The notes under the pieces: generated by a model
Told to the model about the DNA's origin: nothing
Database searches by the model: none
The model's input: the letters and a program-made list of their open reading frames with translations, nothing else
Assembly: GCF_044704955.1 (NCBI RefSeq)
Contig: NC_091995.1
Location: 53,506,001 to 53,570,000, forward strand
Direction: 5' to 3'
Length of the DNA: 64,000 bases
DNA from: Pristiophorus japonicus
Taxonomy: Eukaryota
Made by a program: the position numbers and the translations under genes
Shown: piece by piece, positions 23,101 through 38,100 of the stretch
How positions within the stretch are numbered: position 1 is the first letter of the stretch
Layout: every line of letters begins with the position of its first letter

Positions 23101-26100
23101 TCAACTGTCACAGGACAGAGAGTGGAGAGCACCAGTTCAAACTGTCACAGGACAGAGAGTGGAGAGCACCAGTTCCAACTGTCACAGGATAGAAAGTGGA
23201 GAGCACCAGTTCAAACTGTCACAGGACAGAGAGTGGAGAGCACCAGTTCCAACTGTCACAGGACAGAGAGTGGAGAGCACCAGTTCAAACTGTCACAGGA
23301 CAGAGAGTGGAGAGCACCAGTTCCAACTGCCACAGACAGAGAGTGGAGAGCACCAGTTCAAACTGTCACAGGACAGAGAGTGGAGAGCACCAGTTCAAAC
23401 TGTCACAGGACAGAGAGTGGAGAGCACCAGTTCAAACTGTCACAGGAGAGAGAGTGGAGAGCACCAGTTCAAACTGTCACAGGACAGAGCATGGAGAGCA
23501 CCAGTTCCAACTGTCACAGGACGGGAGAGTGGAGAGCACCAGTTCAAACTATCACAGGACAGAGAGTGGAGAGCACCAGTTCCAACTGTCACAGGACAGA
23601 GAGTGGAGAGCACCAGTTCAAACTGTCACAGGACAGAGAGTGGAGAGCACCAGTTCCAACTGTCACAGGACAGAGAGTGGAGAGCACCAGTTCCAACTGT
23701 CACAGGACAGAGAGTGGAGAGCATCAGTTTCAACTGTCACAGGACAGAGAGTGGAGAGCACCAGTTCCAACTGTCACAGGACAGAGAGTGGAGAGCACCA
23801 GTTCAAACTGTCACAGGACAGAGAGTGGAGAGCACCAGTTCCAACTGTCACAGGACAGAGAGTGGAGAGCACCAGTTCAAACTGTCACAGGACAGTGAGT
23901 GGAGAGCACCAGTTCCAACTGTCACAGGACGGGAGAGTGGAGAGCACCAGTTCACACTGTCACAGGACAGAGAGTGGGGAGCACCAGTTCCAACTGTCAC
24001 AGGACAGAGAGTGGAGAGCACCAGTTCAAACTGTCACAGGACAGAGAGTGGAGAGCACCAGTTCCAACTCTCACAGGACAGAGAGTGGAGAGCACCAGTT
24101 ACAACTGTCACAGGACAGAGAGTGGAGAGCACCAGTTCAAACTGTCACAGGACAGAGAGTGCAGAGCACCAGTTCAAACTGTCACAGGACAGAGAGTGGA
24201 GAGCACCAGTTCCAACTGTCACAGGACAGAGAGTGGAGAGCACCAGTTCAAACTGTCACAGGACAGAGAGTGGAGAGCACCAGTTCAAACTGTCACAGGA
24301 CAGAGAGTGGAGAGCACCAGTTCCAACTGTCACAGGACAGAGAGTGGAGAGCACTAGTTCAAACTGTCACAGGACAGAGAATGGAGAGCACCAGTTCAAA
24401 CTGTCACAGGACAGAGAGTGGAGAGCACCAGTTCCAACTGTCACAGGACAGAGAGTGGAGAGCACCAGTTCAAACTGTCACAGGACAGAGAGTGGACAGC
24501 ACCAGTTCAAACTGTCACAGGACAGAGAGTGGAGAGCACCAGTTCAAACTGTCACAGGACAGTGAGTGGAGAGCACCAGTTCCAACTGTCACAGGACAGA
24601 GAGTGGAGAGCACCAGTTCAAACTGTCACAGGATGGGAGAGTGGAGAGCACCAGTTCAAACTGTCAGAGGACAGAGAGTGGAGAGCACCAGTTCAAACTG
24701 TAACAGGACAGTGAGTGGAGAGCAACAGTTCAAACTGTCACAGGACAGAGAGTGGAGAGCACCAGTTCAAACTGTCACAGGACAGAGAGTGGAGAGCAAC
24801 AGTTCAAACTGTCACAGGAGAGAGAGTGGAGAGCACCAGTTCAAACTGTCACAGGACAGAGAGTGGAGAGCACCAGTTCAAACTGTCACAGGACAGAGAG
24901 TGGAGAGCACCAGTTCCAACTGTCACAGGACGGGAGAGTGGAGAGCACCAGTTCACACTGTCACAGGACAGAGAGTGGGGAGCACCAGTTCCAACTGTCA
25001 CAGGACAGAGAGTGGAGAGCACCAGTTCAAACTGTCACAGGACAGAGAGTGGAGAGCACCAGTTCCAACTGTCACAGGACAGAGAGTGGAGAGCACCAGT
25101 TCCAACTGTCACAGGACAGAGAGTGGAGAGCACCAGTTCAAACTGTCACAGGACAGAGAGTGGAGAGCACCAGTTCAAACTGTCACAGGACAGAGAGTGG
25201 AGAGCACCAGTTCAAACTGTCACAGGACAGAGAGTGGAGAGCACCAGTTCCAACTGTCACAGGACAGAGAGTGGAGAGCACCAGTTCAAACTGTCACAGG
25301 ACAGAGAGTGGAGAGCACCAGTTCAAACTGTCACAGGACAGAGAGTGGAGAGCACCAGTTCAAACTGTCACAGGACAGAGAGTGGAGAGCACCAGTTCCA
25401 ACTGTCACAGGACAGAGAGTGGACAGCACCAGTTCAAACTGTCACAGGACAGAGCGTGGAGAGCACCAGTTCCAACTGTCACAGGACAGAGAGTGGAGAG
25501 CACCAGTTCAAACTGTCACAGGACAGAGAGTGGAGAGCACCAGTTCCAACTGTCACAGGAAAGAAAGTGGAGAGCACCAGTTCAAACTGTCACAGGACAG
25601 AGAGTGGAGAGCACCAGTTCCAACTGTCACAGGACAGAGAGTGGAGAGCACCAGTTCAAACTGTCACAGGACAGAGAGTGGAGAGCACCAGTTCCAACTG
25701 TCACAGGACAGAGAGTGGAGAGCACCAGTTCAAACTGTCACAGGACAGAGAGTGGAGAGCACCAGTTCAAACTGTCACAGGACAGAGAGTGGAGAGCACC
25801 AGTTCAAACTGTCACAGGAGAGAGAGTGGAGAGCACCAGTTCAAACTGTCACAGGACAGAGCGTGGAGAGCACCAGTTCCAACTGTCACATGACGGGAGA
25901 GTGGAGAGCACCAGTTCAAACTATCACAGGACAGAGAGTGGAGAGCACCAGTTCCAACTGTCACAGGACAGAGAGTGGAGAGCACCAGTTCAAACTGTCA
26001 CAGGACAGAGAGTGGAGAGCACCAGTTCCAACTGTCACAGGACAGAGAGTGGAGAGCACCAGTTCCAACTGTCACAGGACAGAGAGTGGAGAGCATCAGT

Positions 26101-29100
26101 TTCAACTGTCACAGGACAGAGAGTGGAGAGCACCATTTCCAACTGTCACAGGACAGAGAGTGGAGAGCACCAGTTCCAACTGTCACAGGACAGAGAGTGG
26201 AGAGCACCAGTTCCAACTGTCACAGGACAGTGAGTGGAGAGCACCAGTTCCAACTGTCACAGGACGGGAGAGTGGAGAGCACCAGTTCACACTGTCACAG
26301 GACAGAGAGTGGGGAGCACCAGTTCCAACTGTCACAGGACAGAGAGTGGAGAGCACCAGTTCAAACTGTCACAGGACAGAGATTGGAGAGCACCAGTTCC
26401 AACTCTCACAGGACAGAGAGTGGAGAGCACCAGTTCCAACTGTCACAGGACAGAGAGTGGAGAGCACCAGTTCAAACTGTCACAGGACAGAGAGTGGAGA
26501 GCACCAGTTCAAACTGTCACAGGACAGAGAGTGGAGAGCACCAGTTCCAACTGTCACAGGACAGAGAGTGGAGAGCACCAGTTCAAACTGTCACAGGACA
26601 GAGAGTGGAGAGCACCAGTTCAAACTGTCACAGGACAGAGAGTGGACAGCACCAGTTCCAACTGTCACAGGACAGAGAGTGGAGAGCACCAGTTCAAACT
26701 GTCACAGGACAGTGAGTGGAGAGCACCAGTTCCAACTGTCACAGGACAGAGAGTGGAGAGCACCAGTTCAAACTGTCACAGGATGGGAGAGTGGAGAGCA
26801 CCAGTTCCAACTGTCACAGGAAAGAAAGTGGAGAGCACCAGTTCAAACTGTCACAGGACAGAGAGTGGAGAGCACCAGTTCCAACTGTCACAGGACAGAG
26901 AGTGGAGAGCACCAGTTCAAACTGTCACAGGACAGAGAGTGGAGAGCACCAGTTCCAACTGTCACAGGACAGAGAGTGGAGAGCACCAGTTCAAACTGTC
27001 ACAGGACAGAGAGTGGAGAGCACCAGTTCAAACTGTCACAGGACAGAGAATGGAGAGCACCAGTTCAAACTGTCACAGGAGAGAGAGTGGAGAGCACCAG
27101 TTCAAACTGTCACAGGACAGAGCGTGGAGAGCACCAGTTCCAACTGTCACATGACGGGAGAGTGGAGAGCACCAGTTCAAACTATCACAGGACAGAGAGT
27201 GGAGAGCACCAGTTCCAACTGTCACAGGACAGAGAGTGGAGAGCACCAGTTCAAACTGTCACAGGACAGAGAGTGGAGAGCACCAGTTCCAACTGTCACA
27301 GGACAGAGAGTGGAGAGCACCAGTTCCAACTGTCACAGGACAGAGAGTGGAGAGCATCAGTTTCAACTGTCACAGGACAGAGAGTGGAGAGCACCATTTC
27401 CAACTGTCACAGGACAGAGAGTGGAGAGCACCAGTTCCAACTGTCACAGGACAGAGAGTGGAGAGCACCAGTTCCAACTGTCACAGGACAGTGAGTGGAG
27501 AGCACCAGTTCCAACTGTCACAGGACGGGAGAGTGGAGAGCACCAGTTCACACTGTCACAGGACAGAGAGTGGGGAGCACCAGTTCCAACTGTCACAGGA
27601 CAGAGAGTGGAGAGCACCAGTTCAAACTGTCACAGGACAGAGAGTGGAGAGCACCAGTTCCAACTCTCACAGGACAGAGAGTGGAGAGCACCAGTTCCAA
27701 CTGTCACAGGACAGAGAGTGGAGAGCACCAGTTCAAACTGTCACAGGACAGAGAGTGGAGAGCACCAGTTCAAACTGTCACAGGACAGAGAGTGGAGAGC
27801 ACCAGTTCCAACTGTCACAGGACAGAGAGTGGAGAGCACCAGTTCAAACTGTCACAGGACAGAGAGTGGAGAGCACCAGTTCAAACTGTCACAGGACAGA
27901 GAGTGGACAGCACCAGTTCCAACTGTCACAGGACAGAGAGTGGAGAGCACCAGTTCAAACTGTCACAGGACAGTGAGTGGAGAGCACCAGTTCCAACTGT
28001 CACAGGACAGAGAGTGGAGAGCACCAGTTCAAACTGTCACAGGATGGGAGAGTGGAGAGCACCAGTTCAAACTGTCAGAGGACAGAGAGTGGAGATCACC
28101 AGTTCAAACTGTAACAGGGCAGTGAGTGGAGAGCAACAGTTCAAACTGTCACAGGACAGAGAGTGGAGAGCACCAGTTCAAACTGTCACAGGACAGAGAG
28201 TGGAGAGCACCAGTTCAAACTGTCACAGGAGAGAGAGTGGAGAGCACCAGTTCAAACTGTCACAGGAGAGAGAGAGGAGAGCACCAGTTCAAACTGTCAC
28301 AGGACAGAGCGTGGAGAGCACCAGTTCCAACTGTCACACGACAGAGAGTGGAGAGCACCAGTTCCAACTGTCACAGGACAGAGAGTGGAGAGCACCAGTT
28401 CAAATTGTCACAGGACAGTGAGTGGAGAGCACCAGTTCAAACTGTCACAGGACAGAGAGTGGAGAGCACCAGTTCCAACTGTCACAGGACAGAGAGTGGA
28501 GAGCATCAGTTTCAACTGTCACAGGACAGAGATTGGAGAGCACCATTTCCAACTGTCACAGGACAGAGAGTGGAGAGCACCAGTTCAAACTGTCACAGGA
28601 CAGAGAGTGGAGAGCACCAGTTCCAACTGTCACAGGACAGAGAGTGGAGAGCACCAGTTCAAACTGTCACAGGACAGAGAGTGGAGAGCACCAGTTCAAA
28701 CTGTCACAGGACAGAGAGTGGAGAGCACCAGTTCCAACTGTCACAGGACGGGAGAGTGGAGAGCACCAGTTCACACTGTCACAGGACAGAGAGTGGGGAG
28801 CACCAGTTCCAACTGTCACAGGACAGAGAGTGGAGAGCACCAGTTCAAACTGTCACAGGACAGAGAGTGGAGAGCACCAGTTCCAACTGTCACAGGACAG
28901 AGAGTGGAGAGCACCAGTTCCAACTGTCACAGGACAGAGAGTGGAGAGCACCAGTTCAAACTGTCACAGGACAGAGAGTGGAGAGCACCAGTTCAAACTG
29001 TCACAGGACAGAGAGTGGAGAGCACCAGTTCCAACTGTCACAGGACAGAGAGTGGAGAGCACCAGTTCAAACTGTCACAGGACAGAGAGTGGAGAGCACC

Positions 29101-32100
29101 AGTTCAAACTGTCACAGGACAGAGTGTGGAGAGCACCAGTTCCAACTGTCACAGGACGGGAGAGTGGAGAGCACCAGTTCAAACTGTCACAGGACAGAGA
29201 GTGGAGAGCACCAGTTCCAACTGTCACAGGACAGAGAGTGGAGAGCACCAGTTCAAACTGTCACAGGACAGAGAGTGGAGAGCACCAGTTCCAACTGTCA
29301 CAGGACAGAGAGTGGAGAGCACCAGTTCCAACTGTCACAGGACAGAGAGTGGAGAGCATCAGTTTCAACTGTCACAGGACAGAGAGTGGAGAGCACCAGT
29401 TCCAACTGTCACAGGACAGAGATTGGAGAGCACCAGTTCAAACTGTCACAGGACAGAGAGTGGAGAGCACCAGTTCCAACTGTCACAGGACAGAGAGTGG
29501 AGAGCACCAGTTCCAACTGTCACAGGAGAGAGAGTGGAGAGCACCAGTTCAAACTGTCACAGGACAGAGAGTGGGGAGCACCAGTTCCAACTGTCACAGG
29601 ACAGAGTGTGGAGAGCACCAGTTCAAACTGTCACAGGACAGAGAGTGGAGAGCACCAGTTCAAACTGTCACAGGAGAGAGAGTGGAGAGCACCAGTTCAA
29701 ACTGTCACAGGACAGAGAGTGGAGAGCACCAGTTCCAACTGTCACAGGACAGAGAGTGGAGAGCACCAGTTCAAACTGTCACAGGACAGAGAGTGGAGAG
29801 CACCAGTTCAAACTGTCACAGGACAGAGAGTGGAGAGCACCAGTTCAAACTGTCACAGGACAGAGAGTGGAGAGCACCAGTTCAAACTGTCACAGGACAG
29901 AGAGTGGAGAGCACCAGTTCCAACTGTCACAGGACAGAGAGTGGAGAACACCAGTTCCAACTGTCACAGGACAGAGAGTGGAGAGCACCAGTTCAAACTG
30001 TCACAGGACAGAGAGTGGAGAGCACCAGTTCAAACTGTCACAGGACAGAGAGTGGAGAGCACCAGTTCCAACTGTCACAGGACAGAGAGTGGAGAGCACC
30101 AGTTCAAACTGTCACAGGACAGAGAATGGAGAGCACCAGTTCAAACTGTCACAGGACAGAGAGTGGAGAGCACCAGTTCAAACTGTCACAGGACAGAGAG
30201 TGGACAGCACCAGTTCAAACTGTCACAGGACAGAGAGTGGAGAGCACCAGTTCAAACTGTCACAGGACAGTGAGTGGAGAGCACCAGTTCCAACTGTCAC
30301 AGGACAGAGAGTGGAGAGCACCAGTTCAAACTGTCACAGGATGGGAGAGTGGAGAGCACCAGTTCAAACTGTCAGAGGACAGAGAGTGGAGAGCACCAGT
30401 TCAAACTGTCACAGGACAGTGAGTGGAGAGCACCAGTTCAAACTGTCACAGGACAGAGAGTGGAGAGCACCAGTTCAAACTGTCACAGGACAGAGAGTGG
30501 AGAGCACCAGTTCAAACTGTCACAGGAGAGAGAGTGGAGAGCACCAGTTCAAACTGTCACAGGACAGAGAGAGGAGAGCACCAGTTCAAACTGTCACAGG
30601 AGAGAGCGTGGAGAGCACCAGTTCCAACTGTCACAGGACAGAGAGTGGAGAGCACCAGTTCCAACTGTCACAGGACAGAGAGTGGAGAGCACCAGTTCAA
30701 ACAGTCACAGGACAGTGAGTGGAGAGCACCAGTTCCAACTGTCACAGGACAGAGAGTGGAGAGCACCAGTTCCAACTGTCACAGGACAGAGAGTGGAGAG
30801 CATCAGTTTCAACTGTCACAGGACAGAGAGTGGAGAGCACCAGTTCCAACTGTCACAGGACAGAGAGTGGAGAGCACCAGTTCCAACTGTCACAGGACAG
30901 AGTGTGGAGAGCACCAGTTCAAACTGTCACAGGACAGAGAGTGGAGAGCACCAGTTCAAACTGTCACAGGAGAGAGAGTGGAGAGCACCAGTTCAAACTG
31001 TCACAGGACAGAGAGTGGAGAGCACCAGTTCAAACTGTCACAGGACAGAGAGTGGAGAGCACCAGTTCAAACTGTCACAGGACAGAGAGTGGAGAGCACC
31101 AGTTCCAACTGTCACAGGACAGAGAGTGGAGAGCACCAGTTCAAACTGTCACAGGACAGAGAGTGGAGAGCACCAGTTCAAACTGTCACAGGACAGAGAG
31201 TGGAGAGCACCAGTTCAAACTGTCACAGGACAGAGAGTGGAGAGCACCAGTTCAAACTGTCACAGGACAGAGAGTGGAGAGCACCAGTTCCAACTGTCAC
31301 AGGACAGAGAGTGGAGAGCACCAGTTCCAACTGTCACAGGACAGAGAGTGGAGAGCACCAGTTCAAACTGTCACAGGACAGAGAGTGGAGAGCACCAGTT
31401 CAAACTGTCACAGGACAGAGAGTGGAGAGCACCAGTTTCAACTGTCACAGGACAGAGAGTGGAGAGCACCAGTTCAAACTGTCACAGGACAGAGAGTGGA
31501 GAGCACCAGTTCAAACTGTCACAGGACAGAGAGTGGAGAGCACCAGTTCAAACTGTCACAGGACAGAGAGTGGAGAGCACCAGTTCAAACTGTCACAGGA
31601 CAGAGAGTGGACAGCACCAGTTCAAACTGTCACAGGACAGAGAGTGGAGAGCACCAGTTCAAACTGTCACAGGACAGTGAGTGGAGAGCACCAGTTCCAA
31701 CTGTCACAGGACAGAGAGTGGAGAGCACCAGTTCAAACTGTCACAGGATGGGAGAGTGGAGAGCACCAGTTCAAACTGTCAGAGGACAGAGAGTGGAGAG
31801 CACCAGTTCAAACTGTCACACGACAGTGAGTGGAGAGCACCAGTTCAAACTGTCACAGGACAGAGAGTGGAGAGCACCAGTTCAAACTGTCACAGGACAG
31901 AGAGTGGAGAGCACCAGTTCAAACTGTCACAGGAGAGAGACTGGAGAGCACCAGTTCAAACTGTCACAGGAGAGAGAGAGGAGAGCACCAGTTCAAACTG
32001 TCACAGGAGAGAGCGTGGAGAGCACCAGTTCCAACTGTCACAGCACAGTGAGTGGAGAGCACCAGTTCCAACTGTCACAGGACAGAGAGTGGAGAGCACC

Positions 32101-35100
32101 AGTTCAAACAGTCACAGGACAGTGAGTGGAGAGCACCAGTTCCAACTGTCACAGGACAGAGAGTGGAGAGCACCAGTTCCAACTGTCACAGGACAGAGAG
32201 TGGAGAGCATCAGTTTCAACTGTCACAGGACAGAGAGTGGAGAGCACCAGTTCCAACTGTCACAGGACAGAGAGTGGAGAGCACCAGTTCAAACTGTCAC
32301 AGGACAGAGAGTGGAGAGCACCAGTTCCAACTGTCACAGGACAGAGAGTGGAGAGCACCAGTTCAAACTGTCACAGGACAGTGAGTGGAGAGCACCAGTT
32401 CAAACTGTCACATGACAGAGTGTGGAGAGCACCAGTTCCAACTTTCACAGGACGGGAGAGTGGAGAGCACCAGTTCACACTGTCACAGGACAGAGAGTGG
32501 GGAGAACCAGTTCCAACTGTCACAGGACAGAGAGTGGAGAGCACCAGTTCAAACTGTCACAGGACAGAGAGTGGAGAGCACCAGTTCCAACTGTCACAGG
32601 ACAGAGAGTGGAGAGCACCAGTTCCAACTGTCACAGGACAGAGAGTGGAGAGCACCAGTTCAAACTGTCACAGTACAGAGAGTGGAGAGCACCAGTTCAA
32701 ACTGTCACAGGACAGAGAGTGGAGAGCAGCAGTTCCAACTGTCACAGGACAGAGAGTGGAGAGCACCAGTTCAAACTGTCACAGGACAGAGAGTGGAGAG
32801 CACCAGTTCAAACTGTCACAGGACGGGAGAGTGGAGAGCACCAGTTCAAACTGTCACAGGACAGAGAGTGGAGAGCACCAGTTCCAACTGTCACAGGACA
32901 GAGAGTGGAGAGCTCCAGTTCAAACTGTCACAGGACAGAGAGTGGAGAGCACCAGTTCCAACTGTCACAGGACAGAGAGTGGAGAGCACCAGTTCCAACT
33001 GTCACAGGACAGAGAGTGGAGAGCATCAGTTTCAACTGTCACAGGACAGAGAGTGGAGAGCACCAGTTCCAACTGTCACAGGACAGAGAGTGGAGAGCAC
33101 CAGTTCAAACTGTCACAGGGCAGAGAGTGGAGAGCACCAGTTCCAACTGTCACAGGACAGAGAGTGGAGAGCACCAGTTCCAACTGTCACAGGACAGAGA
33201 GTGGAGAGCACCAGTTCAAACTGTCACAGGACAGTGAGTGGAGAGCAACAGTTCCAACTGTCACAGGACGGGAGAGTGGAGAGCACCAGTTCACACTGTC
33301 ACAGGACAGAGAGTGGGGAGCACCAGTTCCAACTGTCACAGGACAGAGTGTGGAGAGCACCAGTTCAAACTGTCACAGGACAGAGAGTGGAGAGCACCAG
33401 TTCAAACTGTCACAGGAGAGAGAGTGGAGAGCACCAGTTCAAACTGTCACAGGACAGAGAGTGGAGAGCACCAGTTCCAACTGTCACAGGACAGAGAGTG
33501 GAGAGCACCAGTTCAAACTGTCACAGGACAGAGAGTGGAGAGCACCAGTTCCAACTGTCACAGGACAGAGAGTGGAGAGCACCAGTTCAAACTGTCACAG
33601 GACAGAGAGTGGAGAGCACCAGTTCAAACTGTCACAGGACAGAGAGTGGAGAGCACCAGTTCCAACTGTCACAGGACAGAGAGTGGAGAGCACCAGTTCA
33701 AACTGTCACAGGACAGAGAGTGGAGAGCACCAGTTCCAACTGTCACAGGACAGAGAGTGGAGAGCACCAGTTCAAACTGTCACAGGACAGAGAGTGGAGA
33801 GCACCAGTTCCAACAGTCACAGGACAGAGAGTGGAGAGCACCAGTTCAAACTGTCACAGGACAGAGAGTGGAGAGCACCAGTTCAAACGGTCACAGGACA
33901 GAGAGTGGAGAGCACCAGTTCCAACTGTCACAGGACAGAGAGTGGAGAGCACCAGTTCAAACTGTCACAGGACAGAGAGTGGAGAGCACCAGTTCCAACT
34001 GTCACCGGACGGGAGAGTGGAGAGCACCAGTTCAAACTGTCACAGGACAGAGAGTGGAGAGCACCATTTCAAACTGTCACAGGACAGAGAGCGGAGAGCA
34101 CCAGTTCCAACTGTCACAGGCCAGAGAGTGGGGAGCACCAGTTCCCACTGTCACAGGACGGGAGAGTGGAGAGCACCAGTTCAAACTGTCACAGGACAGA
34201 GAGTGGACAGCACCAGTTCAAACTGTCACAGGACAGTGAGTGGAGAGCACCAGTTCCAACTGTCACAGGACAGAGAGTGGAGAGCACCAGTTCAAACTGT
34301 CACAGGACAGAGAGTGGAGAGCACCAGTTCAAACTGTCACAGGAGAGTGAGTGGAGAGCACCAGTTCAAACTGTCACAGGAGAGAGAGTGGAGAGCACCA
34401 GTTCAAACTGTCACAGGACAGAGCGTGGAGAGCACCAGTTCAAACTGTCACAGGACGGGAGAGTGGAGAGCACCAGTTCAAACTGTCACAGGACAGAGAG
34501 TGCAGAGCACCAGTTCCAACTGTCACAGGACAGAGAGTGGAGAGCACCAGTTCAAACTGTCACAGGACAGAGAGTGGAGAGCACCAGTTCCAACTGTCAC
34601 AGGACAGAGAGTGGAGAGCACCAGTTCAAACTGTCACAGGACAGAGAGTGGAGAGCACCAGTTCCAACTGTCACAGGACAGAGATTGGAGAGGACCAGTT
34701 CAAACTGTCACAGGACAGAGAGTGGAGAGCACCAGTTCAAACTGTCACAGGACAGTGAGTGGAGAGCACCAGTTCCAACTGTCACAGGACGGGAGAGTGG
34801 AGAGCACCAGTTCACACTGTCACAGGACAGAGAGTGGGGAGCACCAGTTCCAACTGTCACAGGACAGAGAGTGGAGAGCACCAGTTCAAACTGTCACAGG
34901 ACAGAGAGTGGAGAGCACCAGTTCCAACTGTCACAGGACAGAGAATGGAGAGCACGAGTTCCAACTGTCACAGGACAGAGAGTGGAGAGCACCAGTTCCA
35001 ACTGTCACAGGACAGAGAGTGGAGAGCACCAGTTCAAACTGTCACAGGACAGAGAGTGGAGAGCACCAGTTCCAACTGTCACAGGACAGAGAGTGGAGAG

Positions 35101-38100
35101 CACCAGTTCAAACTGTCACAGGACAGAGAGTGGAGAGCACCAGTTCAAACTGTCACAGGACAGAGCGTGGAGAGCACCAGTTCCAACTGTCACAGGACGG
35201 GAGAGTGGAGAGCACCAGTTCAAACTGTCACAGGACAGAGAGTGGAGAGCACCAGTTCCAACTGTCACAGGACAGAGAGTGGAGAGCACCAGTTCAAACT
35301 GTCACAGGACAGAGAGTGGAGAGCACCAGTTCCAACTGTCACAGGACAGAGAGTGCAGAGCACCAGTTCCAACTGTCACAGGACAGAGAGTGGAGAGCAT
35401 CAGTTTCAACTGTCACAGGACAGAGAGTGGAGAGCACCAGTTCCAACTGTCACAGGACGGGAGAGTGGAGAGCACCAGTTCAAACTGTCACAGGACAGAG
35501 AGTGGAGAGCACCAGTTCCAGCTGTCACAGGACAGAGAGTGGAGAGCACCAGTTCAAACTGTCACAGGACAGAGAGTGGAGAGCACCAGTTCCAACTGTC
35601 ACAGGACAGAGAGTGGAGAGCACCAGTTCCAACTGTCACAGGACAGAGAGTGGAGAGCATCATTTTCAACTGTCACAGGACAGAGAGTGGAGAGCACCAG
35701 TTCCAACTGTCACAGGACTGAGAGTGGAGAGCACCAGTTCAAACTGTCACAGGACAGAGAGTGGAGAGCACCAGTTCCAACTGTCACAGGACAGAGAGTG
35801 GAGAGCACCAGTTCAAACTGTCACAGGACAGTGAGTGGAGAGCACCAGTTCCAACTGTCACAGGACGGGAGAATGGAGAGCACCAGTTCACACTGTCACA
35901 GGACAGAGAGTGGGGAGCACCAGTTCCAACTGTCACAGAACAGAGAGTGGAGAGCACCAGTTCAAACTGTCACAGGACAGAGAGTGGAGAGCACCAGTTC
36001 AAATTGTCACAGGACAGTGAGTGGAGAGCACCAGTTCCAACTGTCACAGGACAGAGAGTGGAGATCACCAGTTCAAACTGTCAGAGGACAGAGAGTGGAG
36101 AGCACCAGTTCAAATTGTCACAGGACAGTGAGTGGAGAGCACCAGTTCAAACTGTCACAGGACAGAGAGTGGAGAGCACCAGTTCAAACTGTCACAGGAG
36201 AGAGAGTGGAGAGCACCAGTTCAAACTGTCACAGGAGAGAGAGTGGAGAGCACCAGTTCAAACTGTCACAGGAGAGAGAGTGGAGAGCACCAGTTCAAAC
36301 TGTCACAGGACAGAGCGTGGAGAGCACCAGTTCCAACTGTCACAGGACGGGAGAGTGGAGAGCACCAGTTCAAACTGTCACAGGACAGAGAGTGGAGAGC
36401 ACCAGTTCCAACTGTCACAGGACAGAGAGTGGAGAGCACCAGTTCAAACTGTCACAGGACAGAGAGTGGAGAGCACCAGTTCCAACTGTCACAGGACAGA
36501 GAGTGGAGAGCACCAGTTCCAACTGTCACAGGACAGAGAGTGGAGAGCATCAGTTTCAACTGTCACAGGACAGAGAGTGGAGAGCACCAGTTCCAACTGT
36601 CACAGGACAGAGAGTGGAGAGCATCAGTTTCAACTGTCACAGGACAGAGAGTGGAGAGCACCAGTTCCAACTGTCACAGGACAGAGAGTGGAGAGCACCA
36701 GTTCCAACTGTCACAGGACAGAGAGTGGAGAGCTCCAGTTCAAACTGTCACAGGACAGAGAGTGGAGAGCACCAGTTCCAACTGTCACAGGACAGAGAGT
36801 GGAGAGCACCAGTTCCAACTGTCACAGGACAGAGAGTGGAGAGCATCAGTTTCAACTGTCACAGGACAGAGAGTGGAGAGCACCAGTTCCAACTGTCACA
36901 GGACAGAGAGTGGAGAGCACCAGTTCAAACTGTCACAGGGCAGAGAGTGGAGAGCACCAGTTCCAACTGTCACAGGACAGAGAGTGGAGAGCACCAGTTC
37001 CAACTGTCACAGGACAGAGAGTGGAGAGCACCAGTTCAAACTGTCACAGGACAGTGAGTGGAGAGCAACAGTTCCAACTGTCACAGGACGGGAGAGTGGA
37101 GAGCACCAGTTCACACTGTCACAGGACAGAGAGTGGGGAGCACCAGTTCCAACTGTCACAGGACAGAGTGTGGAGAGCACCAGTTCAAACTGTCACAGGA
37201 CAGAGAGTGGAGAGCACCAGTTCAAACTGTCACAGGAGAGAGAGTGGAGAGCACCAGTTCAAACTGTCACAGGACAGAGAGTGGAGAGCACCAGTTCCAA
37301 CTGTCACAGGACAGAGAGTGGAGAGCACCAGTTCAAACTGTCACAGGACAGAGAGTGGAGAGCACCAGTTCCAACTGTCACAGGACAGAGAGTGGAGAGC
37401 ACCAGTTCAAACTGTCACAGGACAGAGAGTGGAGAGCACCAGTTCAAACTGTCACAGGACAGAGAGTGGAGAGCACCAGTTCCAACTGTCACAGGACAGA
37501 GAGTGGAGAGCACCAGTTCAAACTGTCACAGGACAGAGAGTGGAGAGCACCAGTTCCAACTGTCACAGGACAGAGAGTGGAGAGCACCAGTTCAAACTGT
37601 CACAGGACAGAGAGTGGAGAGCACCAGTTCCAACAGTCACAGGACAGAGAGTGGAGAGCACCAGTTCAAACTGTCACAGGACAGAGAGTGGAGAGCACCA
37701 GTTCAAACGGTCACAGGACAGAGAGTGGAGAGCACCAGTTCCAACTGTCACAGGACAGAGAGTGGAGAGCACCAGTTCAAACTGTCACAGGACAGAGAGT
37801 GGAGAGCACCAGTTCCAACTGTCACCGGACGGGAGAGTGGAGAGCACCAGTTCAAACTGTCACAGGACAGAGAGTGGAGAGCACCATTTCAAACTGTCAC
37901 AGGACAGAGAGCGGAGAGCACCAGTTCCAACTGTCACAGGACAGAGAGTGGGGAGCACCAGTTCCCACTGTCACAGGACGGGAGAGTGGAGAGCACCAGT
38001 TCAAACTGTCACAGGACAGAGAGTGGACAGCACCAGTTCAAACTGTCACAGGACAGTGAGTGGAGAGCACCAGTTCCAACTGTCACAGGACAGAGAGTGG